Shown: positions 19,819 to 30,269, counted from the stretch's first letter. The stretch is DNA of 64,000 bases from an uncultured Lachnospiraceae bacterium (GCA_944381575.1 CALWLS010000003.1:128760-192759), one strand, 5' to 3'. Numbers and translations: made by a program. The notes: generated from the sequence alone by a model not told the origin.

Positions 19819-20778
19819 ATGTTCGATTTTGAAAAGCCAAACATTGAGATCGTGGAGATCTCAGAAGATAAAAAATACGGCAAGTTCGTATGCGAGCCTC
19901 TTGAGAGAGGATATGGCATAACCCTCGGCAATTCACTGAGGCGCATAATGCTCTCATCCCTTCCGGGGACAGCCGTAAGCCGTATTAAGATCGACGGTGT
20001 AGTCCATGAGTTCTCATCTATCCCGGGTGTGAAGGAAGACGTAACGGAGATAGTAATGAATGTCAAGGAGCTGGCCATCAGGAATTCAAGCAGTGACAAC
20101 CAGCCTAAGACAGCATATATCGAAGCTTCCGGAGAGGGGATCGTCAGGGCTTCAGACATCAAGGTCGATCAGGATATAGAGATCATGAATCCTGATCAGG
20201 TGATCGCAACCTTAAGCGGTCCTGATGCCAAGCTCAATATGGAACTGACGATCGTTAACGGACGCGGATATGTCGGTGCGGATAAAAACAAATCAGAGGA
20301 TGCTCCAATAGACAGCATCGCCATAGATTCAATATTCACACCGGTAGAGCGTGTCAACATGACGGTAGAAAACACGCGTGTCGGCCAGCAGACCGATTTC
20401 GACAAGCTTACTCTCGATGTCTGGACAAACGGCACTATCAAGCCTGATAATGCAGTGAGCCTTGCCGCAAAGGTTTTAAGTGAACACTTGAGCCTGTTCA
20501 TCGATCTTTCAGAGGATGCAAAGACAGTTGTTGTCATGACTGAAAAGGAAGATGATGAAAAGAGCAAGATCCTTGATATGAACATCGACGAGCTGGAGCT
20601 TTCGGTCAGGTCGTATAACTGCCTTAAGAGGGCAGGCATCAACACTGTCGAAGAGCTTTGCTCAAAGACACCTGACGATATGATGAAGGTCAGGAACTTA
20701 GGCCGCAAGTCCCTTGAGGAGGTGCTTGCTAAGCTTAAGGAGCTTGGACTTTCACTCAGTGATCAGGAAGAAATCTGA
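19819..20778 (+). CDS. rpoA: DNA-directed RNA polymerase subunit alpha
   Basis: 319 aa, collinear with B. subtilis RpoA (EKP.IE.VEIS...[23 protein letters not shown]-terminal [20 protein letters not shown]...[16 protein letters not shown]). Confidence 0.98.
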   Translation: MFDFEKPNIEIVEISEDKKYGKFVCEPLERGYGITLGNSLRRIMLSSLPGTAVSRIKIDGVVHEFSSIPGVKEDVTEIVMNVKELAIRNSSSDNQPKTAYIEASGEGIVRASDIKVDQDIEIMNPDQVIATLSGPDAKLNMELTIVNGRGYVGADKNKSEDAPIDSIAIDSIFTPVERVNMTVENTRVGQQTDFDKLTLDVWTNGTIKPDNAVSLAAKVLSEHLSLFIDLSEDAKTVVVMTEKEDDEKSKILDMNIDELELSVRSYNCLKRAGINTVEELCSKTPDDMMKVRNLGRKSLEEVLAKLKELGLSLSDQEEI

Positions 20779-20835
20779 TCAGGCCTATGCTTATCCCATT
20801 GATAAGACCGCAGGCACAATAGGAGGAAAAACAAA

Positions 20836-21384
20836 ATGGCAATGTACAGAAAACTCGGTAAGACAGCTTCACAGAGAAAGGCTCTCCTGAGAAATCAGGT
20901 TACACAGCTTCTTTACCGTGGAAAGATAGTTACAACTGAGGCCAGGGCAAAGGAGATTCGCAAGATCGCAGAAAAGCTTATTGCACTCGGCATCAGGGAA
21001 AAGGACAACTTTGAAGAGGTTTCCGTTAAGGCAAAGGTCGCAAAGAAGGATGCCGACGGTAAGAGAGTAAAGGAAGTCAGAGAGATCAACGGCAAGCAGA
21101 AGAAGGTAACTGTTTACGAGGAAGTTGAAAAGACGATAAAGAAGGATAAGCCTTCAAAGCTTCATGCAAGACGTCAGATCCTTTCAGTGCTTTATGACGT
21201 TACAGAGGTTCCTGCAAAGGGTCCTGGACGCAAGGCAGGCACAAAGAAGGCAGACATCGTAAACAAGATCTTTGATGAGTACGGCGCAAAGTACGCTGGA
21301 AGAAACGGCGGATATACACGTATCGTCAAGATCGGACAGCGTAAGGGCGATGCTGCAATGGAAGTTCTTATCGAGCTTGTTTGA
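20836..21384 (+). CDS. rplQ: 50S ribosomal protein L17 with an internal ~50-aa Lys/Glu-rich insertion
   Basis: 182 aa. N-terminal MAMYRKLGKTASQRKALLRN and C-terminal GGYTRIVKIG.RKGD.A.M..IELV match L17. Extra block at aa ~55-108. Confidence 0.95.
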   Translation: MAMYRKLGKTASQRKALLRNQVTQLLYRGKIVTTEARAKEIRKIAEKLIALGIREKDNFEEVSVKAKVAKKDADGKRVKEVREINGKQKKVTVYEEVEKTIKKDKPSKLHARRQILSVLYDVTEVPAKGPGRKAGTKKADIVNKIFDEYGAKYAGRNGGYTRIVKIGQRKGDAAMEVLIELV

Positions 21385-21432
21385 TCTGAAACAAAGGTAA
21401 TTTAAAACCATAATAGGCCGCAGGGCCTGTCA

Positions 21433-21466
21433 AAAGGATGGAGGGGAAACTCTCCATCCTTTCTTG
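21433..21466 (+). terminator. intrinsic terminator ending the alpha operon
   Basis: Perfect 11-bp stem AAAGGATGGAG / CTCCATCCTTT with an 8-nt loop, then a T-rich tail (cttgc). Confidence 0.7.
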
Positions 21467-21492
21467 CTAAAGATTATTTTTTATTATAATAT
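21464..21492 (+). promoter_or_regulatory. candidate promoter for thyA-DHFR
   Basis: TTGCTA (21464-21469), 17-nt spacer, TAATAT. Overlapping TATAAT hexamers also sit at 21485 and 21490. Confidence 0.35.
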
Positions 21493-21524
21493 AATCTGTA
21501 CGTTATAGTTAAGGAGGACTGGTC

Positions 21525-22373
21525 ATGGCATATGCTGATGAAGTATTTATAAAGATGTGCAGGGATATCCTAAGCAGCGGTCAGGATACAACCGGTGAAA
21601 AAGTAAGACCGCACTGGGAGGACGGTACGCCGGCGTATACCATCAAAAAATTCGGTATATGTAACCGTTATGACCTGAAAAAAGAATTTCCTGCCCTGAC
21701 CTTAAGGCGTACAGCCGTTAAGACCGCAACGGAGGAGATCCTTTGGATATGGCAGAGAAAATCCAACAATATACATGATCTTGACGCACATATCTGGGAT
21801 GAATGGGCGGATGCAGACGGAAGCATAGGCAAGGCCTACGGATATCAGATGGGCATAAAGCACCAGTATAAGGAGGGAATGTTCGATATGGTGGACAGAG
21901 TGCTGTTCGACCTTAAAAACAACCCTTACAGCAGGCGCATCATGACAAACATTTATAATTTTCAGGATCTGCATGAGATGAATCTCTATCCCTGCGCCTA
22001 CAGCATGACCTTTAACTGCACTAAGAACAATGAGACCGGAAAGCTTGTGCTTAATGCGGTGCTGAATCAGAGATCCAATGATGTTCTTGCGGCAAATAAC
22101 TGGAACGTGGTGCAGTACGCCGTGCTTATGCATATGATGGCACAGGTGAGCGATATGGAGGTCGGAGAGCTTGTACATATGATCGCCGATGCTCATATCT
22201 ATGACAGGCATGTTCCGATAATAAAGGAGCTGATATCAAGAGAGACCTATCCGGCGCCTAAGTTTGAGCTTAATCCTGAGATCAGGAATTTTTATGATTT
22301 TACCAAGGATGATGTTACCGTAACGGATTATGTGACCGGAGAACAGATCAGGAACATCCCTATAGCCATCTGA
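21525..22373 (+). CDS. thyA: thymidylate synthase (ThyA type)
   Basis: 282 aa. ...LRRTAVKTATEEILWIW..., ...LYPCAYSMTFNC (catalytic Cys region), ...NQRSNDVL.A..WNV.QYA.L..M.A. Confidence 0.95.
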   Translation: MAYADEVFIKMCRDILSSGQDTTGEKVRPHWEDGTPAYTIKKFGICNRYDLKKEFPALTLRRTAVKTATEEILWIWQRKSNNIHDLDAHIWDEWADADGSIGKAYGYQMGIKHQYKEGMFDMVDRVLFDLKNNPYSRRIMTNIYNFQDLHEMNLYPCAYSMTFNCTKNNETGKLVLNAVLNQRSNDVLAANNWNVVQYAVLMHMMAQVSDMEVGELVHMIADAHIYDRHVPIIKELISRETYPAPKFELNPEIRNFYDFTKDDVTVTDYVTGEQIRNIPIAI

Positions 22374-22377
22374 CGAT

Positions 22378-23028
22378 ATGAAGATAATAGTAAATATAAA
22401 TAAAGAACGCGGAATAGGCTGCGACGGAGAGCTTTTAGTCAATATTCCGGAGGATATGAAGTATTTCCGTAAGACCACCTCAGGAGGCGTGGTCATAATG
22501 GGAAGAAAGACCCTTCTCAGCTTTCCAGGGCAGAAGCCCCTTAAGGGCAGGATAAACATAGTCCTTACATCGGATCCTTCAAGGATAGACTCTGAAAGCA
22601 GGGATGGAGCGGACCTCTGTCTTGGCGAAGCCGAAGCGTTAAGAGAAGCTGAGAGGCTTAAAAACATATATTTAAGCAATCTCGATAAGGCAGCTAAGGG
22701 AGCAAAGGCCTCGGAAATGGAGACCGTCCTTATTTTTGCCGGGACAAAGGAAGCGGCATTAAAGGAAGCGTACATGATCTCAGGCGGAGATGACGGCATG
22801 GGGGACAGCCATGTATTCGTCATAGGCGGCGCATCAATATATGACCTGTTCCTTGACTGCTGCGATACCTGCCTGATCACTGAAAATGACGCGGATTATA
22901 AGGCCGACAGATTCTTCCCGGATCTTAAGGCGGATGGCGGCTGGGAGCTTGCTGAAAAGGGTGAAACAAAGGAACATGAAGGAATTCATTACAGCTTTGA
23001 TATATATAAAAGGAGAGGCAGTGACTGA
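22378..23028 (+). CDS. dihydrofolate reductase with an internal ~45-50-aa insertion
   Basis: 216 aa. N-terminal ...GIG.DG.L....PEDMKYFRK.T.GG.VIMGRKT..S.P...PL.GR.NIVLT and VFVIGGASIY match DHFR. Directly follows thyA. Confidence 0.85.
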   Translation: MKIIVNINKERGIGCDGELLVNIPEDMKYFRKTTSGGVVIMGRKTLLSFPGQKPLKGRINIVLTSDPSRIDSESRDGADLCLGEAEALREAERLKNIYLSNLDKAAKGAKASEMETVLIFAGTKEAALKEAYMISGGDDGMGDSHVFVIGGASIYDLFLDCCDTCLITENDADYKADRFFPDLKADGGWELAEKGETKEHEGIHYSFDIYKRRGSD

Positions 23029-23030
23029 TA

Positions 23031-23756
23031 TTGATCAGGCTTGATAAATATTTGAGCGAGGCCGGAAAAGGAACGAGGACTGAAGTAAAAAAACTCATCT
23101 CCGGAGGCAGGGTATGGGTTTCGGGCAGTCAGGTCAAAGATCCGGCGTATAAAATAGACGAAGATAACGATCAGGTGACAATAGACGGCGAAGATGTCAG
23201 GTATCTCGCCATGGAATATTACATGCTTAATAAACCAAAGGGAGTTGTATCCGCCACAAGAGATTCAAGGAAGGGTAACGTCTGCGTAACGGATCTTATT
23301 CATGAAAGGATCAGAAAGGATCTGTTCCCGGTGGGCAGGCTCGACAAGGATACGGAGGGACTGTTGATCATAACCAATGACGGAGAGCTGGCTCACAGGC
23401 TGCTGTCGCCAAAAAAACACGTGGATAAGACATATTATGCGGAGCTTGACAAAAGGCTTACGGGAGAGGCGGCGTCGAGACTCATGGAGGGAGTTGACAT
23501 AGGGGATGAAAAGCCCACGCTTCCCTGCGTGATAAGCAGACTGTCGGATACGACATGCTTTATAACCATCAGGGAAGGAAGATATCATGAGATAAAGCGC
23601 ATGTTCAAGACGGAAGGACTGCACGTGGAGGAGCTTAGGCGCATATCCATGGGGCCGCTTGCTCTGGATCCCTCGTTGGGACCGGGGGAATACAGGCCTC
23701 TTACTGAGGAAGAGATAAGCATGCTTAAGGATTTTGACAGGACCGATGGAGAATGA
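23031..23756 (+). CDS. pseudouridine synthase, RsuA/RluB family (S4 domain plus catalytic domain)
   Basis: 241 aa, TTG start. MIRLDKYLSEAGKGTR.EVKKLI.GGRV (S4), catalytic PVGRLDKDTEGLLIITNDGEL.HRL. Confidence 0.88.
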   Translation: MIRLDKYLSEAGKGTRTEVKKLISGGRVWVSGSQVKDPAYKIDEDNDQVTIDGEDVRYLAMEYYMLNKPKGVVSATRDSRKGNVCVTDLIHERIRKDLFPVGRLDKDTEGLLIITNDGELAHRLLSPKKHVDKTYYAELDKRLTGEAASRLMEGVDIGDEKPTLPCVISRLSDTTCFITIREGRYHEIKRMFKTEGLHVEELRRISMGPLALDPSLGPGEYRPLTEEEISMLKDFDRTDGE

Positions 23757-23757
23757 T

Positions 23758-24651
23758 ATGCAGGAAGTATATAAGGACTATATGGTGAGAGCCACGGCTA
23801 TGGATGGTGAGATCAGAGCCTTTGCGGTGACGTCTAAGGACACGGTGGAGACCGCAAGGCAGATACATGATACATATCCTACGGCTACGGCGGCGCTGGG
23901 CAGACTGCTTTCGGCAGGACTTATGATGGGCGCCGACATGAAGGACGACGATGATCTGATAACGGTAAAGATAGACTGCCAGGGGCCTATAAAGGGGCTT
24001 TTGGCAACGGCTGACAGGAACGGCCATGTAAAGGGCTATGTATCCAATCCTGCGGTGGATCTGCCGCCAAACGATAAGGGCAAGCTTGATGTGGGAGGCG
24101 CTCTTGACCTTGGAGTCCTGTCTGTAATAAAGGACATAGGGCTGAAGGAGCCTTATATAGGACAGACAATACTTATAACAGGCGAGATAGCCGAAGACAT
24201 AACCTACTACTATGCGACCTCTGAGCAGATCCCTTCATCGGTGGCCTTGGGCGTTCTGATGAATAAGGATAATACGGTCAGACAGGCCGGAGGGTTCATG
24301 ATACAGCTTATGCCGGGAGCCGGGGATGAGACAGCTGAGGCCCTTGAAAAAAAGATAGGAGAGATAGACGGCATAACCTCGATGCTCGATAAGGGCATGT
24401 CCCCTGAGGATATCCTTACATATATCCTGGGGGATTTCGGACTCAGGATCAATGAAAGGACGGACTGCTCCTACAGGTGCGACTGCAGCAGGGAAAGGGT
24501 ATTAAGAGCCCTGTTAAGCATTGGAAAAAAGGACCTTGAGGAGATGATAGAGGAAAATAAGGACGTGGAAATGGAATGCCATTTCTGCGGCAGGAAATAT
24601 ATCTTTACCCCGGAGGAACTTAAGGAGCTTGTAAAGGAAGCTGAAATTTAG
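23758..24651 (+). CDS. hslO: Hsp33 family redox-regulated chaperone
   Basis: C-terminal zinc centre CDCS...CHFCG. N-terminal region aligns with Hsp33 from the ATG at 23758 (GGAGA SD). The track start at 23734 overlaps the previous gene. Confidence 0.92.
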   Translation: MQEVYKDYMVRATAMDGEIRAFAVTSKDTVETARQIHDTYPTATAALGRLLSAGLMMGADMKDDDDLITVKIDCQGPIKGLLATADRNGHVKGYVSNPAVDLPPNDKGKLDVGGALDLGVLSVIKDIGLKEPYIGQTILITGEIAEDITYYYATSEQIPSSVALGVLMNKDNTVRQAGGFMIQLMPGAGDETAEALEKKIGEIDGITSMLDKGMSPEDILTYILGDFGLRINERTDCSYRCDCSRERVLRALLSIGKKDLEEMIEENKDVEMECHFCGRKYIFTPEELKELVKEAEI

Positions 24652-24697
24652 TATCATACGATATGGGCGAGCGGAAATCCTGGCCGCGAGTTTATCT

Positions 24698-25303
24698 ATG
24701 ATAAAAAAGGAATATATAAAGCATATGGTAATAGCAGCCGGTGTTACAGCATCGGTTGCTTTTTATATATTTGGAAATGGCATTGAGGGAAAAACAAAAA
24801 GCGAAGGAATAGTATTTGAAAAGCTCACAAAAGAGGGCGCAGCCGGAGAAACAGGAGATCCTGAAGGCGCAGAAAATGCAAAAGGAACCACGGGATCCGA
24901 AAACGGAAGCATATCCCTTGAGGAAGGGTTTACCGATAAGCAGAAACAGGAGCTTGAAGAGATATTTTCCGAGGCGCTTAATAGCACCCTGAAAGAGGAG
25001 GTGAGCTCGGCCTTAAGAGAAGAGATGCTGAAGCTCGGGGAGGAAGGCTATCTTGAAAGGGCAAAGAACGAGGCCGAGAGTCTGATGGCCAGGGAGGCTG
25101 AGGAAAAAAGTGGGATGGTGGATATAAATACCGCAGGCGTCGAAGAGCTTATGAAGCTGGAGGGAATAGGTGAAAAGAGGGCGGCGGACATAATAAGTTA
25201 CAGGGAGACAATGGGAGGCTTCAATTCAATAGAGGAGCTGATGAACGTAAGCGGCATAAAGGAGGCTGTTTTCAACAGGATAAAAGATAAGATATATGTA
25301 TAA
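24698..25303 (+). CDS. comEA: ComEA-family helix-hairpin-helix DNA-binding protein (membrane-anchored)
   Basis: 201 aa, N-terminal TM segment. C-terminal DINTAGVEELMKLEGIGEKRAADIISYRE..GGF.SIEEL..V.GI. Confidence 0.8.
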   Translation: MIKKEYIKHMVIAAGVTASVAFYIFGNGIEGKTKSEGIVFEKLTKEGAAGETGDPEGAENAKGTTGSENGSISLEEGFTDKQKQELEEIFSEALNSTLKEEVSSALREEMLKLGEEGYLERAKNEAESLMAREAEEKSGMVDINTAGVEELMKLEGIGEKRAADIISYRETMGGFNSIEELMNVSGIKEAVFNRIKDKIYV

Positions 25304-25415
25304 AAATACATTAATATGATATACTTACTGTTACAGGCCCGCGGATAATTGGGATCAACATTTTTATTATCAAAACCGCGGGATTTTATGTTGAAGACAT
25401 TTTCAGGAGGTTTCC

Positions 25416-25787
25416 ATGACAGAAAATTATACCGGTGAGGACAGGGGATTTAAAAGCGACATAAAGATCGCGGACGACGTTATAGGATATATCGCCGTGC
25501 TTGCGGCGTCAGATGTCGACGGAGTTGCCGGTATGGCAGGAACTGCCACGGATGATCTGGCAGCTGTGTTCAGAAGCAAAAATATAAAAAAGGGCATCAA
25601 GACCATAGTTCAGGATGAGGATGTCAGATTTTCACTTGCCATAATCGCCGAGTATGGATGCAACATACCGGAGGTGTGCAGGGCAGTGCAGGATAAGGTA
25701 AGGACAACAGTTGAAAACATGACTGGATTTACCGTCAGCGAGGTCGATGTGACCATAGCTGGCATAAAGGTGCCGGAGAACGTTTAA
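25416..25787 (+). CDS. Asp23/Gls24 family alkaline-shock/envelope stress protein
   Basis: 123 aa. [19 protein letters not shown] motif. Conserved position upstream of nusB. Confidence 0.88.
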   Translation: MTENYTGEDRGFKSDIKIADDVIGYIAVLAASDVDGVAGMAGTATDDLAAVFRSKNIKKGIKTIVQDEDVRFSLAIIAEYGCNIPEVCRAVQDKVRTTVENMTGFTVSEVDVTIAGIKVPENV

Positions 25788-25789
25788 AT

Positions 25790-26203
25790 ATGACTAAGCA
25801 TGAATTAAGAGAAGAGATATTCAAGGCCGTATTCAGCATTGATGCGCAGAAGGAGGCATCCGGTGACAGGGATATCTCGGATATAGTAGAAAAATATATC
25901 ACGGATTCCTGTGATGCCGAGCTTACCGATGAGGAGGCGGACCTCATCTATACCAAGGCGGCCGAAATAGGCAGCATGCTTGAGGAGCTTGATGAGGATA
26001 TAGATTCGGTGGCAAGGGGCTGGAAGACAAACCGCATGGGCAAGGCCGAGCTGAATATCTTAAGGATCGCGATATATGAGATAAAATACGATGAAAGCGT
26101 ACCTGTCAAGGTGGCTATCAACGAAGCCGTCGAGCTCGCAAAGGAATATTGCAACGCTGATGCGCCGGCATTCATAAACGGTATGCTCGCGCATTTTGTG
26201 TGA
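25790..26203 (+). CDS. nusB: transcription antitermination factor NusB
   Basis: 137 aa. ...W...R....[11 protein letters not shown]....[18 protein letters not shown]....A..F.NG.L. Confidence 0.93.
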   Translation: MTKHELREEIFKAVFSIDAQKEASGDRDISDIVEKYITDSCDAELTDEEADLIYTKAAEIGSMLEELDEDIDSVARGWKTNRMGKAELNILRIAIYEIKYDESVPVKVAINEAVELAKEYCNADAPAFINGMLAHFV

Positions 26204-27492
26204 CGCAGGAACAGGGATTTAAAATCAGGATGTCCGGAGCATATACGGTCTCACAGATCACAAACTACATAAAGAATCTGTTCGAACGGGATTATGTTTT
26301 AAACAGGATCTCTGTCAGCGGAGAGATATCAAATTGCCGGTATCACAGCAACGGCAATATCTATTTTACCCTTAAGGACAGCACGGCTCAGCTTAACTGC
26401 ATCATGTTTGCAAGGGAGAGAAGCTCTCTTTCCATAAGGCTTTCGGACGGGCAGCAGATAGAAGCCCAGGGCCGCATTGCCGTGTACGAAAAGGGCGGGA
26501 GCTACAGCCTGCATGTAAGGAGTATTAAGCTTGAAGGAGCCGGGGAGCTTTATGAGAGGTTTCTTAAGCTTAAGGCTGAGCTTGAAAACATGGGCATGTT
26601 CGACCCCATGTATAAAAAGCCTATACCGGAATACTGTATGTCTATAGGCATAGTAACGGCGCCTGCGGGAGCTGCCATACACGACATAATCAATATCAGT
26701 ACAAGAAGGAATCCTTACGTAAGACTGGTGCTGTGTCCTGCCCTTGTGCAGGGTGCCGGAGCCGCTGACAGTATATCTAAAGGCCTTAAAAGGCTTGACG
26801 GCATGGGGCTTGACGTTATCATCGTTGGACGCGGAGGAGGATCCATAGAGGATCTGTGGGCCTTCAATGAGCCTGAGGTGGCGAAAACCATATTTGATAT
26901 GCAGACTCCCGTTATCTCTGCGGTGGGCCACGAAACGGACTATACCATAGCGGATTTCGTGGCTGATCTGAGGGCGCCAACGCCATCGGCAGCAGCGGAG
27001 CTGGCAAATTTTGTATATGACGATCTCATGGAAGAGCTGGATGCATTAAAGGGAGAGCTTAAGAGCAGCCTGCTAAACAGGATCAGGAATCTTAAGGCGG
27101 AGCTTAAGGCCTATAATGAAAAGCTCCTGAGGCTTTCACCGCAAAATGTCATGGCTGAGAAAAAACGCAGGATGTCAGAGCTTTCCGGGCGGATGAAGAA
27201 GGCCATGGATTTAAAGATAAGGGAAACGCAAAGCAGGCTTTCAGATCTGGACAGATCTTTAAGGGAGGCCATGCAGGACGGATTAGCGGACTCTAAAAGG
27301 AGATATGAGCTTTTAGCTTCGAGGCTTGACGGATTGTCACCCCTTAAGAGGATAAGCGGAGGATACGGGTACCTTATGACAGATAAGGGCTCTGTAAAAA
27401 GCGTAAGGGATGTAAGTAACGGGGATATGTTCAAGGCCTATATCAGTGACGGATACATAGAGGGAAAAGTTTTAAACACAGAGGAAACCTGA
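26200..27492 (+). CDS. xseA: exodeoxyribonuclease VII large subunit
   Basis: 430 aa. ..[15 protein letters not shown]......I.V.GEISN........G..YFTLKD, GRGGGS.EDLW.FNEE. GTG at 26200 overlaps the nusB stop. An ATG at 26230 is an alternative start. Confidence 0.93.
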   Translation: MTQEQGFKIRMSGAYTVSQITNYIKNLFERDYVLNRISVSGEISNCRYHSNGNIYFTLKDSTAQLNCIMFARERSSLSIRLSDGQQIEAQGRIAVYEKGGSYSLHVRSIKLEGAGELYERFLKLKAELENMGMFDPMYKKPIPEYCMSIGIVTAPAGAAIHDIINISTRRNPYVRLVLCPALVQGAGAADSISKGLKRLDGMGLDVIIVGRGGGSIEDLWAFNEPEVAKTIFDMQTPVISAVGHETDYTIADFVADLRAPTPSAAAELANFVYDDLMEELDALKGELKSSLLNRIRNLKAELKAYNEKLLRLSPQNVMAEKKRRMSELSGRMKKAMDLKIRETQSRLSDLDRSLREAMQDGLADSKRRYELLASRLDGLSPLKRISGGYGYLMTDKGSVKSVRDVSNGDMFKAYISDGYIEGKVLNTEET

Positions 27493-27493
27493 C

Positions 27494-27700
27494 ATGCAGA
27501 AGGATGAATCCAATAAGGAGCTTTCCATTGAGGAGAGCTTTGACGAGCTTGAAAAGATCTTAAGCAGGATGGAGGACGATGAAACAGGGCTTGAGGAAAC
27601 CTTCGGGCTCTACGAGAAGGGCTTAAGGCTCATAAAAAACGTCAGCAGCAGCATAGACAGAGTGGAAAAGAAGATCACCATACTTGAAGAAGAGGAATAA
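27494..27700 (+). CDS. xseB: exodeoxyribonuclease VII small subunit
   Basis: 68 aa. ...SIEESFDELE.I...ME......LEE....YE.G..L, immediately after xseA. Confidence 0.92.
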   Translation: MQKDESNKELSIEESFDELEKILSRMEDDETGLEETFGLYEKGLRLIKNVSSSIDRVEKKITILEEEE

Positions 27701-27702
27701 AA

Positions 27703-28599
27703 ATGAGTTTTACGGACGAGCTTAAGGCAAAGACAGAGGAGATATCTGCAGAGATAAGCGCCTATCTTCCAAAGGAAGAGGGCTTCCAGAAGATCATATT
27801 CGAGGCATGCAATTATTCAGTGATAAACGGCGGAAAGAGGCTCAGGCCTCTTATGATGCAGTGCGCCTATATGTTATGCAGCGGAAAAAAGGAGCTGAGT
27901 AATGAGGATAAGGCGGTTATCGTACCTTTTATGGCTGCCATGGAGATGATACATTCCTCATCACTGGTCCATGACGACCTTCCGTGTATGGATAACGATG
28001 TTTTAAGGAGAGGCAAACAGAGCACCTGGGCAAAATTCGGAGAGGATATGGGTACCCTTGCGGGGGACGGACTCATGATATATGCCTTTGAAACGGCGGC
28101 AAAATCCAAGGCTGCCCCGGAGCTTAAGTGCAGGGCCATGGAGATACTTGCGCAGAAGACTGGTATCTACGGCATGATAGGCGGTCAGACCGTGGACGTG
28201 GAGCTTACTGGAAAGAGGCCGACAAAGGAACAGCTGGAATTTATATACCAGCTTAAGACCGGAGCTCTCATAGAAGGCTCCTTCATGATAGGAGCTGTCC
28301 TTGCAGGAGCCTCGCCTGAAACGGTATCGAAGCTCGAGGAAGCAGCAGACGCCATAGGAATGGCATATCAGATAGAGGATGATATCCTTGATGTGACAAG
28401 CACCGAGGAAAAACTCGGCAAACCGATAGGCTCGGATATAGCAAACGGCAAAGTGACCTGGCTTACATACTATGGCATGGATAAGTCGGAGGAGGACGTG
28501 AGGATGTATACCGAAAAGGCAGTGGATATAGTCGGCTCCATAGGCGAATATCCTTTCTTCACTGAGCTTATCAACTATCTTACGGACAGGCAGTCATAA
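27703..28599 (+). CDS. ispA: polyprenyl (farnesyl/geranylgeranyl) diphosphate synthase
   Basis: 298 aa. First DDxxD-type motif LVHDDLPCMDNDVLRRG and second YQIEDDILD. Confidence 0.93.
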   Translation: MSFTDELKAKTEEISAEISAYLPKEEGFQKIIFEACNYSVINGGKRLRPLMMQCAYMLCSGKKELSNEDKAVIVPFMAAMEMIHSSSLVHDDLPCMDNDVLRRGKQSTWAKFGEDMGTLAGDGLMIYAFETAAKSKAAPELKCRAMEILAQKTGIYGMIGGQTVDVELTGKRPTKEQLEFIYQLKTGALIEGSFMIGAVLAGASPETVSKLEEAADAIGMAYQIEDDILDVTSTEEKLGKPIGSDIANGKVTWLTYYGMDKSEEDVRMYTEKAVDIVGSIGEYPFFTELINYLTDRQS

Positions 28600-29427
28600 A
28601 TGGGAGAAAAGAAAAGACTTGACGTAATAGTATATGAAAGAGGCCTTGCGGAAAGCCGTGAAAAGGCGAAAAGCCTTATAATGAGCGGAATAGTCTACGT
28701 TGGAGGCTCAAGAGAGGATAAACCGGGAACCATGTTTAAGGATACCGGAGAGCTTGATGTGGAGGTCCGGGGCACCGGGCTTAAGTATGTCTCAAGGGGC
28801 GGGCTTAAGCTGGAAAAGGCGGTAAATGAGTTTGGCATCAGCTTAAGCGGACTGACCTGCATGGATATCGGGGCTTCCACAGGAGGCTTTACGGACTGTA
28901 TGCTGCAAAATGGAGCGGTAAAGGTATTTGCCGTTGACGTGGGACATGGACAGCTTGCCTGGAAGCTCAGAAACGACGACAGGGTAGTATGTATGGAAAA
29001 GATGAACATACGCTACATTACCCCGGAGGATATAGGAGGCTGTAAGCTGGACTTTGCCTCCGCGGATGTGTCCTTTATCTCTCTTGACAAGGTACTTCCG
29101 GCAGTAAAGCCGCTGCTGAAGCCTGAGGCCTGCATGGTATGCCTTATAAAGCCTCAGTTTGAAGCCGGCAGGGATGAGGTAGGAAAAAAGGGCGTGGTAA
29201 GGGATAAAAAAGTACACGCCTCCGTCATATCGGACATAGCCGGGCTTTCAGAGGACCTCGGATTTTCGATAATCGGACTTACCTTCAGCCCGGTAAAGGG
29301 ACCAGAGGGCAATATAGAGTATCTTATACACCTGTCCAATGACCAGGTGGATGAAAGACGATTAAGCATAGACCCGGCAATGATATCACGGCTCGTGGAT
29401 GAGGCGCATGACGAATTGGATAAATGA
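28600..29427 (+). CDS. tlyA: TlyA family rRNA (cytidine-2'-O)-methyltransferase
   Basis: 275 aa. S4 N-terminus (KRLDV....RGLAESREKAK.LI..G.V), FtsJ-like DIGASTGGFTDC.LQNGA..V.AVDVG. Confidence 0.92.
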   Translation: MGEKKRLDVIVYERGLAESREKAKSLIMSGIVYVGGSREDKPGTMFKDTGELDVEVRGTGLKYVSRGGLKLEKAVNEFGISLSGLTCMDIGASTGGFTDCMLQNGAVKVFAVDVGHGQLAWKLRNDDRVVCMEKMNIRYITPEDIGGCKLDFASADVSFISLDKVLPAVKPLLKPEACMVCLIKPQFEAGRDEVGKKGVVRDKKVHASVISDIAGLSEDLGFSIIGLTFSPVKGPEGNIEYLIHLSNDQVDERRLSIDPAMISRLVDEAHDELDK

Positions 29428-30260
29428 AAAATTTCTATCTCATAGTAAGTGAAAATGACAGGAAGAGCTCAAAGAGGGTAAATCTTGTCAAGAACAGGGT
29501 CATCGAAGCCCTGAAAAAATACGATGATGTAAATGTCGATGTTCATGAGGGCTTCCTTGACAGGGGGTTTAAGGTCCCGAGATCCGCTGAATGCGTGATA
29601 ACGATAGGAGGCGACGGAACCATGCTGAGGGCAGCAAGGGCAGGTTTTGGAGGCTCAGTCCTGTTCCTCGGCATAAACCGCGGCCATATGGGGTATCTTA
29701 CGGAAGTCTCGGATATAAGCAATTATGATGAATTTGCCGCAAGGCTCGTCAATAATGAATTCAGCATCCAGGAACGCATGATGCTCTCAGCGAGGGCGGA
29801 CAGGAACGGGAAATGCATATATAAGGATTTTGCCTTAAACGATGTCCTGCTCTGCAAGAGCGATACCGTAAAGATGATGGAGTACGAGGTATACGTAAAC
29901 GATGTGTTTTTAAATTCCTACAGGGCGGATGGATTTTTAGTATCCAGTCCAACAGGCTCCACGGGGTACTCCATGTCAGCCGGAGGGCCGATAGCGGATC
30001 CCAAGGCCAGGCTCCTGATACTCACTCCCATATGTCCGCACTCCATCAACACGAGATCCATGGTGCTTTCCGCCGAAGAAAAAATAAGGATAATACCTAA
30101 AAACGAAAAGCAGTTAGTGTCCTGCGACGGAGCCGACGCAACGCCGATAAACAGCGGGGATGTAATAACGGTAACGCGCTCCAGGACCACGATGAAATTC
30201 ATAAAGTTTAAGGAAACTTCCTTCCTGGATACGCTTAGGGAAAGGATGAGAACAGTCTGA
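29424..30260 (+). CDS. nadK: NAD+ kinase
   Basis: 278 aa. GGDGT.L.AAR, ...N.G..GYL.E, ADG..VS.PTGSTGYS.SAGGPI..P. Confidence 0.95.
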   Translation: MKNFYLIVSENDRKSSKRVNLVKNRVIEALKKYDDVNVDVHEGFLDRGFKVPRSAECVITIGGDGTMLRAARAGFGGSVLFLGINRGHMGYLTEVSDISNYDEFAARLVNNEFSIQERMMLSARADRNGKCIYKDFALNDVLLCKSDTVKMMEYEVYVNDVFLNSYRADGFLVSSPTGSTGYSMSAGGPIADPKARLLILTPICPHSINTRSMVLSAEEKIRIIPKNEKQLVSCDGADATPINSGDVITVTRSRTTMKFIKFKETSFLDTLRERMRTV

Positions 30261-30269
30261 GGTTAAAAG

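Noticed and set aside
22236-22880. 214-aa minus-strand ORF opposite the thyA 3' end and DHFR
   Set aside because: It is antisense to two recognisable enzymes with no family resemblance and no SD. It is a shadow ORF.
28600-29427. tlyA as a haemolysin or virulence gene
   Set aside because: The S4 plus FtsJ-like architecture and the conserved ispA-tlyA-nadK-argR-recN context indicate the housekeeping rRNA 2'-O-methyltransferase.
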